This document shows positions 42,680 through 53,108 of a stretch of 64,000 nt of DNA, in pieces (positions within the stretch are counted from its first letter, which is position 1; every line of letters starts with the position of its first letter). Under the pieces are notes generated by a model. It worked only from the letters and a program-made list of their open reading frames with translations, had not been told where the DNA came from and did no database searches. This DNA comes from Vicinamibacteria bacterium (GTDB lineage: Bacteria; Acidobacteriota; Vicinamibacteria; Vicinamibacterales; UBA8438): assembly GCA_963578805.1 (NCBI GenBank), contig CAUZDY010000001.1, forward strand, positions 8,043 to 72,042, given 5' to 3'. Both the position numbers and the translations under genes were made by a program.

Positions 42680-43105
42680 ATGGCGCTTCCCACGCATCTT
42701 ACGCTTGAGCTCGTGACGCCAGACAGGGCTGTCGTGCGTGAGTCGGTTGACGAGATTCAGATTCCTGGTTCGGAGGGGTACCTTGGCGTGTTACCCGGTC
42801 ACACGCCGCTACTCACGAGCCTTCAGGTGGGAGAGCTGTGGTTTCGCCAGGGTGGCGAAACGTCCTACGCGGCGGTGGCATTTGGTTTCGCCGAGATTCT
42901 TCCCGACCGAGTAACGATTCTGGCCCAGATTGCCGAGCGTGCGGAGGATATTGACGTAGAGCGCGCCCAAGAGGCGGAGCGCCGCGCCCGCGAGCGATTG
43001 AACAAGAGCGTGGCTAACGTCGATTTTGAGCGAGCCCGGATCGCGCTAATGAAGTCGCTCATGAGACTGCAAGTTGCGTCTAAGATACGGATGCGTTCGA
43101 TCTGA
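42680..43105 (+). CDS. atpC: F1 ATP synthase subunit epsilon
   Basis: 141 aa. LELVTPDRAVVRESVDEIQIPGSEGYLGVLPGHTPLLT. Confidence 0.93.
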   Translation: MALPTHLTLELVTPDRAVVRESVDEIQIPGSEGYLGVLPGHTPLLTSLQVGELWFRQGGETSYAAVAFGFAEILPDRVTILAQIAERAEDIDVERAQEAERRARERLNKSVANVDFERARIALMKSLMRLQVASKIRMRSI

Positions 43106-43146
43106 CTCGATGACCCACGCTGCATGGCACCACGGTCTCTAGGCTC

Positions 43147-43914
43147 ATGCAGATATCCTGGGCAGCTCGGACCGACCCCGGACTCCGTCGCTGCCAGAAC
43201 GAAGACAGCTTCTGCGCCAATCCTGACCTTGGATTGTTCGTTGTGGCCGATGGGATGGGTGGTCACGCGGGAGGCGAGATTGCGTCGGAGTTGGCGGTGA
43301 CGGAGATCCAGACCGTGATCGAATCAACCACCGCCCTTGGTGCGCACGACACGTGGCCGGTGCCATTCGACGCAAACGTGGGAGTGGATGGTAATCGTTT
43401 GAGGGCGGGTTTTTCGATGGCCAATAGCGGCATCGCCCAGCGGATCGAGAAGACTGAGGACCTGCGGGGAATGGCCACGACCGCGGTGGCGGTACTTGTC
43501 CGGGGTGGCAAAGCGGCGCTGGCCCATGTCGGCGACAGCCGAGCGTATTTGTGGCGGTCTGGCCAGCTGACGCGCCTTACGGCCGACCACTCGTGGGTGG
43601 AGGAACAGTTCCAGGCCGGAATGTTGACGGAAGCCGCAGCCCGGGAGCATCCGTGGCGGAACATTGTCACTCGCGCGTTGTCCGGAACCGAGGGGCTTAA
43701 GGTCGACGTTACCGAACTCGAGCTCGAAGCTGGTGACCGCTTGCTACTCTGTTCCGATGGGTTGCCAACTGTAGTTCAGGACAGCGAAATCGGAACGGTG
43801 GTCTCTCCGCCTTCGAATCTGCAGGGGGTGTGTGACGAGCTTGTTAGCCGCGCCAACGCCGGTGGCGGACCGGACAACGTAACCGCGGTCGTGGTCGGTG
43901 TCGCCGCGGTATGA
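43147..43914 (+). CDS. PP2C-family Ser/Thr protein phosphatase
   Basis: 255 aa. RCQNEDSF, VADGMGGHAGGEIAS, LLLCSDGL, GGPDNVTAVVV. Confidence 0.88.
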   Translation: MQISWAARTDPGLRRCQNEDSFCANPDLGLFVVADGMGGHAGGEIASELAVTEIQTVIESTTALGAHDTWPVPFDANVGVDGNRLRAGFSMANSGIAQRIEKTEDLRGMATTAVAVLVRGGKAALAHVGDSRAYLWRSGQLTRLTADHSWVEEQFQAGMLTEAAAREHPWRNIVTRALSGTEGLKVDVTELELEAGDRLLLCSDGLPTVVQDSEIGTVVSPPSNLQGVCDELVSRANAGGGPDNVTAVVVGVAAV

Positions 43915-43944
43915 GGACAAACCCGTACATGGCGCAGACCCACG

Positions 43945-44739
43945 ATGCTAGCTAACCTCCGCGAGCTGGTCCGATACCGAGGCCTGATTCAAACACTCGT
44001 GACCCGCGAGCTCAAAGCCAGATACCGAGGTTCGGTACTCGGCTTCTTCTGGTCGTTCGTCAACCCGCTGCTACTGCTCACCGTTTACACAATCGTGTTT
44101 TCGGTCGTGCTGCCCGGATTTCGAGGCGTTGAGATCGAGCCGTACGCCTTGTTTCTTTTCTGTGGCCTCCTGCCGTGGACCTGGTTCTCTTCCGGGCTTC
44201 TCGAGTCTGCAAACTCTCTGATCGCGGGCGGTAACCTTATCAAGAAGGTCGTGTTTCCGGCCGAGATCCTTCCGATCGTCGCCGTGCTGTCGAACATGTT
44301 TCACTTTTTCTTCGCGCTGCCGATCCTGGGCTGCTTTCTCTTGTTCTACATGCGCCCGCTGAGTCTGATCGAGCTTGCCTGGTTTCCGGTGGTGGTGCTC
44401 GTGCAACTGATGTTGACGCTTGGGCTGGGATTGGTGCTCTCGGCGCTGACCGTGCACTTCCGCGATCTTCGCGATCTACTCGGGAACCTACTTACTTTGT
44501 GGTTTTTCTCGACACCGATCATTTACCCGATGGTGATGGTGCCGGCCGGTGGGAAGTTCATCATGGACCTGAACCCGTTTGCGCATTTGGTCATTTCGTA
44601 TCAGGAGATCCTGTTTTACGACGGTCCGTTTGGTCATTGGCGCTGGCTGATGGCGCTGGCCGTGGCTTCGGTGGCTCTGTTTCTGATCGGGTTGGCCTTG
44701 TTCGATCGACTCAGAGATTCCTTTGCGGAGGAGGTGTGA
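43945..44739 (+). CDS. ABC-2 type polysaccharide/O-antigen export permease (Wzm/TagG-like)
   Basis: 264 aa with six TM helices. N-terminal LVTRELKARYRGSVLGFFWSFVNPLL signature. Confidence 0.85.
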   Translation: MLANLRELVRYRGLIQTLVTRELKARYRGSVLGFFWSFVNPLLLLTVYTIVFSVVLPGFRGVEIEPYALFLFCGLLPWTWFSSGLLESANSLIAGGNLIKKVVFPAEILPIVAVLSNMFHFFFALPILGCFLLFYMRPLSLIELAWFPVVVLVQLMLTLGLGLVLSALTVHFRDLRDLLGNLLTLWFFSTPIIYPMVMVPAGGKFIMDLNPFAHLVISYQEILFYDGPFGHWRWLMALAVASVALFLIGLALFDRLRDSFAEEV

Positions 44740-46073
44740 GCACCGCGATCGAGCTTCACGCAGTGACGAAGTTGTATCGAAGATATGCGCACCGCCGGCA
44801 GTTCGCCACCTTGAAGAGCGCCTTAATCTCAGGGAGTCTAGTCAGAGACCTCCGACCGGATGAGACTTTCACCGCGGTAGGGGGGGTCTCATTCAGTGTG
44901 CCTACCGGCTCGGCCTTCGGTATCATCGGTCGCAACGGCTCTGGCAAGAGTACACTCCTCAACCTGATCGCTGGTATCACTAAACCGACCAGTGGCGAGG
45001 TGCAGGTTAACGGTCGTATCTCAGCGCTCATCGAGCTGGGCGCAGGCTTTCACCCGGAGATTTCTGGCCGCGAGAATGTCTTCATCAATGGCGTTATGCT
45101 TGGACTCAGCAAGCGGGAGATCACCGAACGTTTCGACGAAATCGTCCGGTTCGCTGAACTCGAAGCCTTCATTGATGCCCCGGTGAAAACCTACTCGTCC
45201 GGGATGTATATGCGGCTGGGCTTCGCGGTCGCCGTTCACGTCGATCCTGACATCTTGATTGTCGATGAGGTCCTGGCGGTTGGCGACGAAGGGTTCAGCC
45301 TCAAATGCCTCGACAAGTTTTCGGAGTTCAAGCGGCATGGCAAGACGATCCTGCTGGTGACTCATGGTCTGAACACCGTGCAGAAGTTCTGCGATGAAGC
45401 GGTGTGGCTCGACGAGGGCCAGATTAAGGGACAAGGTGATCCCCGTCGTGTCGTACACATGTATCTGAGCGACGTGGCCGCGGCCGAGGAAAAGTTGCTG
45501 GCGGCGGAAGACAAGAAACGGGTCGAGGCAACGACGCTTGACAAGACGACGCCCCGGACGGGTTCAGACGAATCCCGAGGCGACGGAGAGCCGCCCGAAG
45601 ATATGTTTCGGGCGAGTGAAGGCCGCTGGGGATCGGGAGATGCGACGATCACAAACGTAACGATCGATGGTGATGACGGTCCGACGCACCTGTTCCAAAG
45701 CGGCGATCAAATGACGGTTAGAATGAAGGTCACCGCATCGGTGCCATTGGACGACTTCGTGTTTGGCATCAGTATCTTCAATACGGAGGGGATCTGCTGT
45801 TATGGAACCAACACCGATATTGAGGACTTCAAGTCAGAAACCATCACTGGAGACGGCGAGGTGAGTGTCGTCATCGAACACCTTGACCTCGTGGAGGGAA
45901 CGTACAAACTCGACGTTGCAGTGCACACGCGCGAAGGGCGTCCCTACGACTACCACCGTCTCCTTCACACCTTCCGAGTGAAGTCGGACATCAAGGACAT
46001 CGGGATTTACCGCCCTCGCCATGCTTGGACCTTCACGCCGAACATTCGCTTTCGGAACGGACCGGGCGAGTGA
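44736..46073 (+). CDS. Polysaccharide ABC exporter ATP-binding protein with Wzt-type C-terminal carbohydrate-binding domain
   Basis: The GTG at 44736 overlaps the permease stop. Walker A GRNGSGKST, signature YSSGM, Walker B ILIVDE. It carries a ~150-aa beta-rich C-terminal domain (ITNVTIDG...GTYKLDVAVH), as in Wzt. Confidence 0.82.
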   Translation: MSTAIELHAVTKLYRRYAHRRQFATLKSALISGSLVRDLRPDETFTAVGGVSFSVPTGSAFGIIGRNGSGKSTLLNLIAGITKPTSGEVQVNGRISALIELGAGFHPEISGRENVFINGVMLGLSKREITERFDEIVRFAELEAFIDAPVKTYSSGMYMRLGFAVAVHVDPDILIVDEVLAVGDEGFSLKCLDKFSEFKRHGKTILLVTHGLNTVQKFCDEAVWLDEGQIKGQGDPRRVVHMYLSDVAAAEEKLLAAEDKKRVEATTLDKTTPRTGSDESRGDGEPPEDMFRASEGRWGSGDATITNVTIDGDDGPTHLFQSGDQMTVRMKVTASVPLDDFVFGISIFNTEGICCYGTNTDIEDFKSETITGDGEVSVVIEHLDLVEGTYKLDVAVHTREGRPYDYHRLLHTFRVKSDIKDIGIYRPRHAWTFTPNIRFRNGPGE

Positions 46074-46128
46074 TCGTCTATCTGCGTGGTAACATCAAAA
46101 GTTTCCTGGTTCACGACAGGACGTCTGC

Positions 46129-49100
46129 GTGTCGATTGCCGTACCCTCCCTGACTCTGCGCGCGCTGCTCAAATCGACCGCGAGCCTCGTCGGTTTTGGC
46201 GGCACTGCAGAGCTGGTCACGGGCCTAACTCCTTCTGCGCAGGCGCTGGCCGTCGCGAACGCGGGGACCAGTGCGCCCACTGTCTTCGTCGTTCCAACCG
46301 ACAACGACGTCGAGTCTATGACGTCGGACATCCGATTTTTCTTCGCCGCGCTTCAAGGATTTTCAGAGGCTGAGGTCGCGCGCAGCGTCCTCCCCTTTCC
46401 GTCGGTGGAAGTGGACCCGTATCGGGCGATTGTGCCCCACTTCGATGTCGCGTCTGCTCGCGCGCGAGCTCTGACGGCTCTCGCCCAGGGAACCGCTAGA
46501 CTCGTGGTTGCCTCTGCGCCTGCGCTGCTCCCACGGGTCAGCGGCCTGGAACGTCTTCTGCAAGCGACCCGGGAGCTGGTGCTCGGGGGAGAGTTGTCTC
46601 CGTCTGACCTAGGAGACTTGCTGGTCGATGCCGGCTTTGTGCGTGAGGATCCGGTCGACAAGCACGGGGAGTTCTGCACGCGCGGCGGGCTGGTCGACTT
46701 CTTTCCAGCGGGTGAGAGCTATCCGATTCGAGTCGAGTTTATTGGGGACGTGATCGAATCACTGCGGCAGTTTGATCCGTCGAGTCAACGATCGGTCATG
46801 ACGATTGATCGCGCCGCCGTGGTACCGCTTCGCGAGACATTCGAGCGGAAAACGAAGGATCCTGACGACCCGGAGGTTTTTGACCGGCGTAGTAGCGTGC
46901 TCGAGTACCTCTCCCAAACGATGACACAGATGTTTGTGACTGAACTAGAGGAATGCGAGCGGTGCGTCACGAAAGCGGTTGACCAAATTGGAGAGAACCA
47001 TGCGGCGGCGACGAAACGGGGTGAGACCCCGACGGACCCAAAGACATTGCTCACCACGTGGCCTGAGCTCCGGGTTCGTCTCGAAGGCGGCGGCCGTTTT
47101 GAAACACTCGGTCTCGACGGCGATGACGCCCTCCCCCATCGACCGGTGGCGTGTCAGCCCGCCACGGTATTTCACGGCCGGCTTGGCGACTGGGTTGACG
47201 CTGTTCGGAAGAGTCGGTCCGCAGGGGAGACCCAGCTTTTTGTAGCGGCGACAGCCGGGCGTGCGGAACGAATCACCGAGCTGTTGCGGGAGTGCGAGCT
47301 TTCTGCGGTGTCCGTCGACCGAGCTGAGACGACTCAGGGTGTCGCGATACTCGTCGCGACCGGTCAGTTGTCACAGGGGTTTCGGCTTCCAGAAGTTGGA
47401 TTGCAGGTCTACGCAGAGACCGACCTCTTCGACGAAGAGCGACGAGTTTTCGATCGGAAAAAGTCGGCGGCGACGGCATTCCTTTCCGACCTTCGCGACC
47501 TCAAGGTCGGAGACCACGTCGTCCACGTCGACCACGGCATCGGAGGTTTTGTGGGACTCACTCAGTTGGATGTGGGTGGAACGCCACATGAGCTGATGGA
47601 GCTTCGCTACGCCGGCGGCGATAAGCTGTTCGTGCCGGTCGAGCACCTCGACCTGATCCAGAAGTTCACTGGCGGGCAGCACCCAGCACTCGACCGGCTA
47701 GGTGGCGCCAGCTGGGAGCGTGCCAAGACACGCGTCAAACGGGCGATGCGGGATATGGCCGGCGAGCTACTCAAGCTCTACGCGGCGCGGAAGGCGGCCG
47801 CGGGACACAAATTCAGCCCTGACACTCACTGGCAACACGAGTTCGAATCTGCATTTAAGTACAGTCTGACTCCGGATCAAGCCACTGCAGTCGCCGATAT
47901 CAAACGGGACCTAGAGATGCCATCGCCCATGGATCGGTTGTTGTGTGGTGATGTCGGATATGGAAAGACAGAGGTCGCTTTACGAGGCGCGTTCAAGGCA
48001 ATGATGGAGGGCAAACAGGTTGCCCTGCTGTCACCAACCACGGTCTTGGCGTTCCAGCACTTCCAGACGATTGTCAAGCGGTTCGCGGCGTTTCCGGTGC
48101 GCGTCGAGATGGTAAGCCGCTTTCGAAGCCGAGTCGAACAGAAAGCCGTTCTCAGTGATCTCGTTGCGGGAAAGGTGGACCTCATCGTCGGGACCCACCG
48201 ACTGCTCTCAAAGGACGTGGAGTTTCACGATCTAGGGCTACTGATCATCGATGAGGAACAACGGTTCGGCGTAGCACACAAGGAGCGGATCAAGACGCTT
48301 CGGCACAAGGTCGACGTGCTGACCCTGACCGCCACGCCGATTCCACGGACCCTGAACATGTCGTTGATGGGGATCCGCGACATGTCGGTGATCGAGACCC
48401 CGCCGAAGGACCGGCTGTCAATCCAGACCAACGTGGTTAAATTCGACCCGAGTGTCGTGGCCCGCGCAATCCGAACGGAGCTGGATCGCGACGGGCAAGT
48501 ATATTTCGTTCACAACCGAATCCACTCGATCGCCAGCATCGCCGATCTTATTAGGCGCCTGGTTCCAGAGGCCAGGCTTGCCGTCGCCCATGGGCAGTCA
48601 GGTGAAGCCGAGTTGGAGAAGGCGATGATCGGATTTGTGGCACACGAGTTCGATGTGTTGCTGTCGACGACGATCATCGAAAATGGTCTCGACATTCCCA
48701 ACGTGAATACGATTATCGTCAACCATGCAGACCGGTACGGATTGGCACAGCTGTATCAACTTCGCGGACGTGTCGGTCGGTCGAACCGGCGGGCGTACGC
48801 GTATCTATTGATTCCACCTGAGGACAACTTGTCGCGTGTCGCGCGGCAGCGCCTCGCCGCGATCAAAGAGTTCAGTGCTCTCGGGAGCGGGTTTCGAGTC
48901 GCTGCGCTTGACCTCGAAATCCGTGGCGCCGGCAATCTGTTGGGCGCGGAGCAAAGCGGCCAGATCGAAGCGATCGGCTTCGATATGTATGTGAAACTGC
49001 TCGAGCGCACGGTTCGCGAGCTCAAGGGCGAGGCGACGGGCGAGGAGCGTCGGGCCACGGTGACACTTGGGATCGAGCTGCGGGTCGACGAGGAATACGT

Positions 49101-49620
49101 TCCCGAGACCAATCAGCGCTTGGCGCTGTATCGACGTGTGGCCGCAGCAGAGGGCGAGGCGGAGCTTGCAACGCTACTCGAGGAGCTGAGTGACCGATAT
49201 GGACCGGTGCCACGAAAAGTGATTCGCCTGATCGAGTTTGGCCGGGTCCGTTTAATGGCCGATCAACTGGGTATCGATTCGATTGACCGAGAAAAACATC
49301 TAGTTGTGGTGAAGTTCAGACCCGATACACCGATTAATCCGGAACGGCTGGTGGCGTTAGTCGAGGCACGGCCAGATATGTCTCTTACGCCCCCAGCCGT
49401 GATCAGGGTCGACCTGGATATAACTCACGGGCGCCGGCAAAGGCGAAGAAGTGCACTAATTGACGAGTCCGTTTCGTGGTGGACCAAGCGAGCTACGGCC
49501 GGCCGTGTTACCGAGGGGTTCAGCAAGCAGGAGGTCCTCAAGCGGGACCGGACCGGCGCTGACGACGAAGTCCTGGCGCAGATTAGTGGACTCTTGTCCG
49601 AGTTGAGTGCCGGCGCGTGA
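46129..49620 (+). CDS. mfd: Transcription-repair coupling factor
   Basis: 1163 aa. UvrB-homology N-terminus, CarD-like GDHVVHVDHGIG, SF2 translocase GDVGYGKTEVA, DEEQRFG, TRG motif and D7 tail. Confidence 0.96.
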   Translation: MSIAVPSLTLRALLKSTASLVGFGGTAELVTGLTPSAQALAVANAGTSAPTVFVVPTDNDVESMTSDIRFFFAALQGFSEAEVARSVLPFPSVEVDPYRAIVPHFDVASARARALTALAQGTARLVVASAPALLPRVSGLERLLQATRELVLGGELSPSDLGDLLVDAGFVREDPVDKHGEFCTRGGLVDFFPAGESYPIRVEFIGDVIESLRQFDPSSQRSVMTIDRAAVVPLRETFERKTKDPDDPEVFDRRSSVLEYLSQTMTQMFVTELEECERCVTKAVDQIGENHAAATKRGETPTDPKTLLTTWPELRVRLEGGGRFETLGLDGDDALPHRPVACQPATVFHGRLGDWVDAVRKSRSAGETQLFVAATAGRAERITELLRECELSAVSVDRAETTQGVAILVATGQLSQGFRLPEVGLQVYAETDLFDEERRVFDRKKSAATAFLSDLRDLKVGDHVVHVDHGIGGFVGLTQLDVGGTPHELMELRYAGGDKLFVPVEHLDLIQKFTGGQHPALDRLGGASWERAKTRVKRAMRDMAGELLKLYAARKAAAGHKFSPDTHWQHEFESAFKYSLTPDQATAVADIKRDLEMPSPMDRLLCGDVGYGKTEVALRGAFKAMMEGKQVALLSPTTVLAFQHFQTIVKRFAAFPVRVEMVSRFRSRVEQKAVLSDLVAGKVDLIVGTHRLLSKDVEFHDLGLLIIDEEQRFGVAHKERIKTLRHKVDVLTLTATPIPRTLNMSLMGIRDMSVIETPPKDRLSIQTNVVKFDPSVVARAIRTELDRDGQVYFVHNRIHSIASIADLIRRLVPEARLAVAHGQSGEAELEKAMIGFVAHEFDVLLSTTIIENGLDIPNVNTIIVNHADRYGLAQLYQLRGRVGRSNRRAYAYLLIPPEDNLSRVARQRLAAIKEFSALGSGFRVAALDLEIRGAGNLLGAEQSGQIEAIGFDMYVKLLERTVRELKGEATGEERRATVTLGIELRVDEEYVPETNQRLALYRRVAAAEGEAELATLLEELSDRYGPVPRKVIRLIEFGRVRLMADQLGIDSIDREKHLVVVKFRPDTPINPERLVALVEARPDMSLTPPAVIRVDLDITHGRRQRRRSALIDESVSWWTKRATAGRVTEGFSKQEVLKRDRTGADDEVLAQISGLLSELSAGA

Positions 49621-49709
49621 GTGACGAATGTTGTGAATCCGATCCCGCCGAGCCACGATGGTGGCGGCGCCTGCCCACTGGATAGATTTGTTGCACACAT
49701 CGCACTAGA

Positions 49710-50822
49710 ATGCATAGAGGCCTAATGACTGTGCTACATCGCTCGTCACTAGTGGGGACTGTCGCACTGGGGTTGCTGGTGGCGGCCACTGCTGGTCATG
49801 CCCAGCCTTCCGAGAGTTCCGACAACCCGCCGAGAATCATCGAACGGGTGCTCGTAAAGGTGAACGGGCAAATCATCACGCAAACGGATTTGGAAACCCG
49901 CCAGATCAACGAGATTCGCTCCGCTGGCGTCCAGCCGCAAAACAACACCGAGTTGGTCAATCTGATTCGAGAGGTCACTCCCGGTGTGATCACGAGAGCG
50001 GTGGATGAGTTGCTCTTGGTGCAGCGTGGCCGGGACCTGGGATACCAGTTGTCAGATGAACAGTTCGAAGAGATCGTCGCCAGTCTCGCAGCTGAGAACG
50101 AGTTCGAGACCGATGAGGAATTTGAGCAAATGTTACTTGAGTCGGAAGGTCTAAGCATGGCTGACTTGCGGCGGGTGATGGAGCGTCAGATGCTGGTGAG
50201 CCAGATCCAGCAAATCGAGATTCTCAGCCGCGTGTCAATCACCGACGTTGAAGCTCGTGAGTACTACGACACGCATCTCGAGGAGTTCACCGAACCCGGA
50301 ACGGCGACGCTGCGGGAAATTCTGATTGCGGTGCCTGAGGGCGTCGGTGGTGTGAACGTGACCGCCGACGACGAAGCGCTTGTCGTGGCTCAGACGACGG
50401 TTGCGCGGCTTCGAGCTGGAGAGACTTTCGCGACCGTCGCCGAAGAAGTGTCTGACTCCTCGTCGAAGTCGACCGGTGGTTTGATTGGTCCGCTGCGGCT
50501 CAGCGAGTACAGCGAAGCCATTCAGAATCTGATCGTACCCCTTGACGTCGGTGAAGTGGCCGACCCGGTCCGAGCTCCACAGGGATACCAAATCGTGATG
50601 TTGGCGGATCGAACGAACGACCTCGTACAGCCGTTCAATGAAGTGCGCGACGACATCTCTAACAATGTGTTCAATGACCGCCGGACCGAGGAGTACGTTG
50701 ACTACCTGGAATCGCTGAGAGCTGAGGCGGTTATTGAATGGAAGAACGAGGAGCTTCGTCAAATGTACGAAGTGTTTCGCGCGGATCCTGAAAACGCCGG
50801 CTCTCCTAGTCTCGGGCCCTAA
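49710..50822 (+). CDS. SurA-like periplasmic chaperone / parvulin-type peptidyl-prolyl isomerase
   Basis: 370 aa. Signal peptide (VALGLLVAATAGHA), SurA_N-like helical region, and one PpiC rotamase domain (TLREILIAV...GGLIGPL...GYQIVML). Confidence 0.8.
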   Translation: MHRGLMTVLHRSSLVGTVALGLLVAATAGHAQPSESSDNPPRIIERVLVKVNGQIITQTDLETRQINEIRSAGVQPQNNTELVNLIREVTPGVITRAVDELLLVQRGRDLGYQLSDEQFEEIVASLAAENEFETDEEFEQMLLESEGLSMADLRRVMERQMLVSQIQQIEILSRVSITDVEAREYYDTHLEEFTEPGTATLREILIAVPEGVGGVNVTADDEALVVAQTTVARLRAGETFATVAEEVSDSSSKSTGGLIGPLRLSEYSEAIQNLIVPLDVGEVADPVRAPQGYQIVMLADRTNDLVQPFNEVRDDISNNVFNDRRTEEYVDYLESLRAEAVIEWKNEELRQMYEVFRADPENAGSPSLGP

Positions 50823-51013
50823 AAGGAATTCATAGTTGGGTCGCCTTTCGGCCGCTGACCCATTGTGTCCTCCGGCGTAACACACGGCTGGAGTGTGAGA
50901 TCTAGACGTTCGTCTTGAGGATTTGTCCTGTCGAGTGTTGAGGCGGTGTTATCGATATGGGTGAGCACATCGATGTCTGTGGTTCGCACTCCGGTGGTTT
51001 ATCATGAGAATCG

Positions 51014-52084
51014 ATGAGGATTGATACGGTTCAACTCGATCACCCGTTTGCGCTGGCACCGATGGCAGGGATGACTGACACGGCGTTTCGTCGTCTCGTG
51101 AAACGCCACGGTGGGTGTGGCCTGGTGGTGACTGAAATGGTGAGCTCGGAAGGGCTTGTCCGGGGAATCGATCGAACGCTGGAGTACGCGGAATATACCG
51201 AGGAAGAGCGGCCCGTCGCAATCCAGATCTTCGGTGGTGATCCAGAGACGATGGCCGCTGCTGCACAAGTGGTTGAAAGGATGGGCGCCGACATCATCGA
51301 CGTCAACATGGGGTGTCCGGTTCAGAAGATTGCCAAGCACAACGCCGGGTGTAGCCTGATGCGGGAGCCGACACACGCCGCGCGCGTTGTGCGGTCAATG
51401 ACTAAGGCGGTCCGTGTCCCGGTGACCGTCAAGATGCGAGCCGGCTGGGATGAATCAGCGATCAATGCACCGATGGTCGCACAGATGATGGAGGATGCGG
51501 GGGCTGCGGCCGTGGCGGTGCACGGCCGCACAGCGGCCCAGTCATACCGGGGGACGTCTGACTGGGAGTTGATCGATGAGGTGGCCGGTGGCGTCACGAT
51601 CCCGGTCTTTGGTAGTGGTGACTGCGTGACACCCGAGCAGGTCGTCGACCGGGTCGCGACCACCCGGGTCGGGGGCGTACTGGTGGGGCGCGGCGCGTTG
51701 CGGAACCCCTGGATCTTCCAGCAGGCTCACAGTCTCGCCCTTGGACGGCCGGCTCCACCGGTGACCGCGGCCGACCGAGGGCAATTTCTTTTGGACTATG
51801 TCGAGTTGTTGCTTCGTGAGGGAGCTAACGAGGAAGAGGGATTTCGTCATCAAGCGCCGTCGCCAGCAGGTGAAGCCGGTACGCGTGGCGTCCGACCACA
51901 GCGGAGCCGAGAGCGCTGGGTGATCAACAAGCTACGAGCGCTGGGGTCGTGGTATACGAAAGGTGGCCATGGGGGGTCCCGGCTCCGGACCGCGATCAAC
52001 AGCGCTGAGTCGGTCGATGAGTTGCGTGATATCGTCGACCAGTTCTTTTTTCAGGTTCCCACATTTGATACGGCGGTCACATAA
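51014..52084 (+). CDS. dusB: tRNA-dihydrouridine synthase
   Basis: 356 aa. FALAPMAGMTDTAFRRL, DVNMGCPVQKI, VTVKMR, HGRT motifs. Confidence 0.9.
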   Translation: MRIDTVQLDHPFALAPMAGMTDTAFRRLVKRHGGCGLVVTEMVSSEGLVRGIDRTLEYAEYTEEERPVAIQIFGGDPETMAAAAQVVERMGADIIDVNMGCPVQKIAKHNAGCSLMREPTHAARVVRSMTKAVRVPVTVKMRAGWDESAINAPMVAQMMEDAGAAAVAVHGRTAAQSYRGTSDWELIDEVAGGVTIPVFGSGDCVTPEQVVDRVATTRVGGVLVGRGALRNPWIFQQAHSLALGRPAPPVTAADRGQFLLDYVELLLREGANEEEGFRHQAPSPAGEAGTRGVRPQRSRERWVINKLRALGSWYTKGGHGGSRLRTAINSAESVDELRDIVDQFFFQVPTFDTAVT

Positions 52085-52178
52085 CAAGCGAGACGATCAA
52101 CTAGGGGGACTTTGGGGCGAGTCAAGCGACCACAGGAGGGTCCCGTTAGCCGATCCCCATCCGGCATTCGTCCTCACC

Positions 52179-53067
52179 TCACTCGATCTCGCCCGTCGTG
52201 TGGGCGAAGCGATATTCCTTGCAGAACTGGACTACGTCACGACGAACCTGGGCTAGTGCATCCCGGTCGGTCTGGCTGGCGACGACCACATGAGTGGTCA
52301 GAACGTGGTTTGGCTCCGTCCATCGACCAGACGTGAGTGTGGTGGGCCGACAGCACGTGCTCCAGCGCACTCAGACGCTGCTCAAGTTCCGGCCAAGTCC
52401 AATGTCGTCGGGGACCGCTTGCAGAAAGACGAGAAACGTCTGCCTCAAATGTCGTATGACGCTGAACAGAACGTAGGTCGTGATCGCAACTGAGAGAATT
52501 GGGTTGAGCACGGGAAGGTCGACGAACATCAACGTGACGCTGATGATGAGGACGGCAATCCATTCCAGCACGTCTTCGATGCGATGCCAAGAGGCAATTC
52601 GGGTGTTGAGTAACTTGCGTCCCAGAAGTCGCCACGCGGCAGCGCTGTTGACGACCACTCCAACCAACGCGAAGAGAAGCATTCTGGTGGCATTCGGCCG
52701 CTCCGGTTTGAATAATCTGGGGACCGCTTCGGTCAGAACGATGATCGATCCCAGAACCAACACGAGAGTGTTCATCCAGGCGCCAAGCAGGGAAAACCGA
52801 AGATACCCGTATGAGAATCTGCCGGTCGCTGACCTTTTGCGAGTACTTGTCGAGGGACCAGGCCGCACCCAGGGCCAAACTGTCGCCCAAGTCGTGGACG
52901 GCGTCCGAGAGGATCGCCACGCTGTTGGTCCAGAGCCCACCCACGATTTCGAGAATGGCCAAGCTGGTGTTGAGCACGAACGCGAGCCGGAGGTCAGCGT
53001 CGGAGTAATGAGGATGCGTGTAGCTTATCGGCGGAACGTTTCCCACCATTGTATGTCGCAAAAACAA
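52179..53067 (-). pseudogene. Cation diffusion facilitator (CzcD/ZitB-like) gene disrupted by about three frameshifts
   Basis: CDF-like sequence is spread over three minus-strand frames. Frame 1: LNTSLAILEIVGGLWTNSVAILSDAVHDLGDSLALGAAWSLDKYSQK. Frame 2 (ORF 52371..52940): RFSYGYLRFSLLGAWMNTLVL...ISVTLMFVDLPVLNPILSVAITTYVLFSVIRHLRQTFLVFLQAVPDD. Back in frame 1: LEQRLSALEHVLSAHHTHVWSMDG. Frame 3 (ORF 52179..52370): HVLTTHVVVASQTDRDAL...FAHTTGEIE. Confidence 0.75.
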
Positions 53068-53108
53068 TGGTGTCCGGTCTGTGGGGTAGGCTAGCTGGGC
53101 TCTCCATC

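Noticed and set aside
52237-53067. The 276-aa ORF taken at face value as an intact protein.
   Set aside because: Only its first ~75 residues and a short later stretch look like a CDF transporter. The rest of the CDF sequence is in two other frames, so it is annotated as a frameshifted pseudogene instead.
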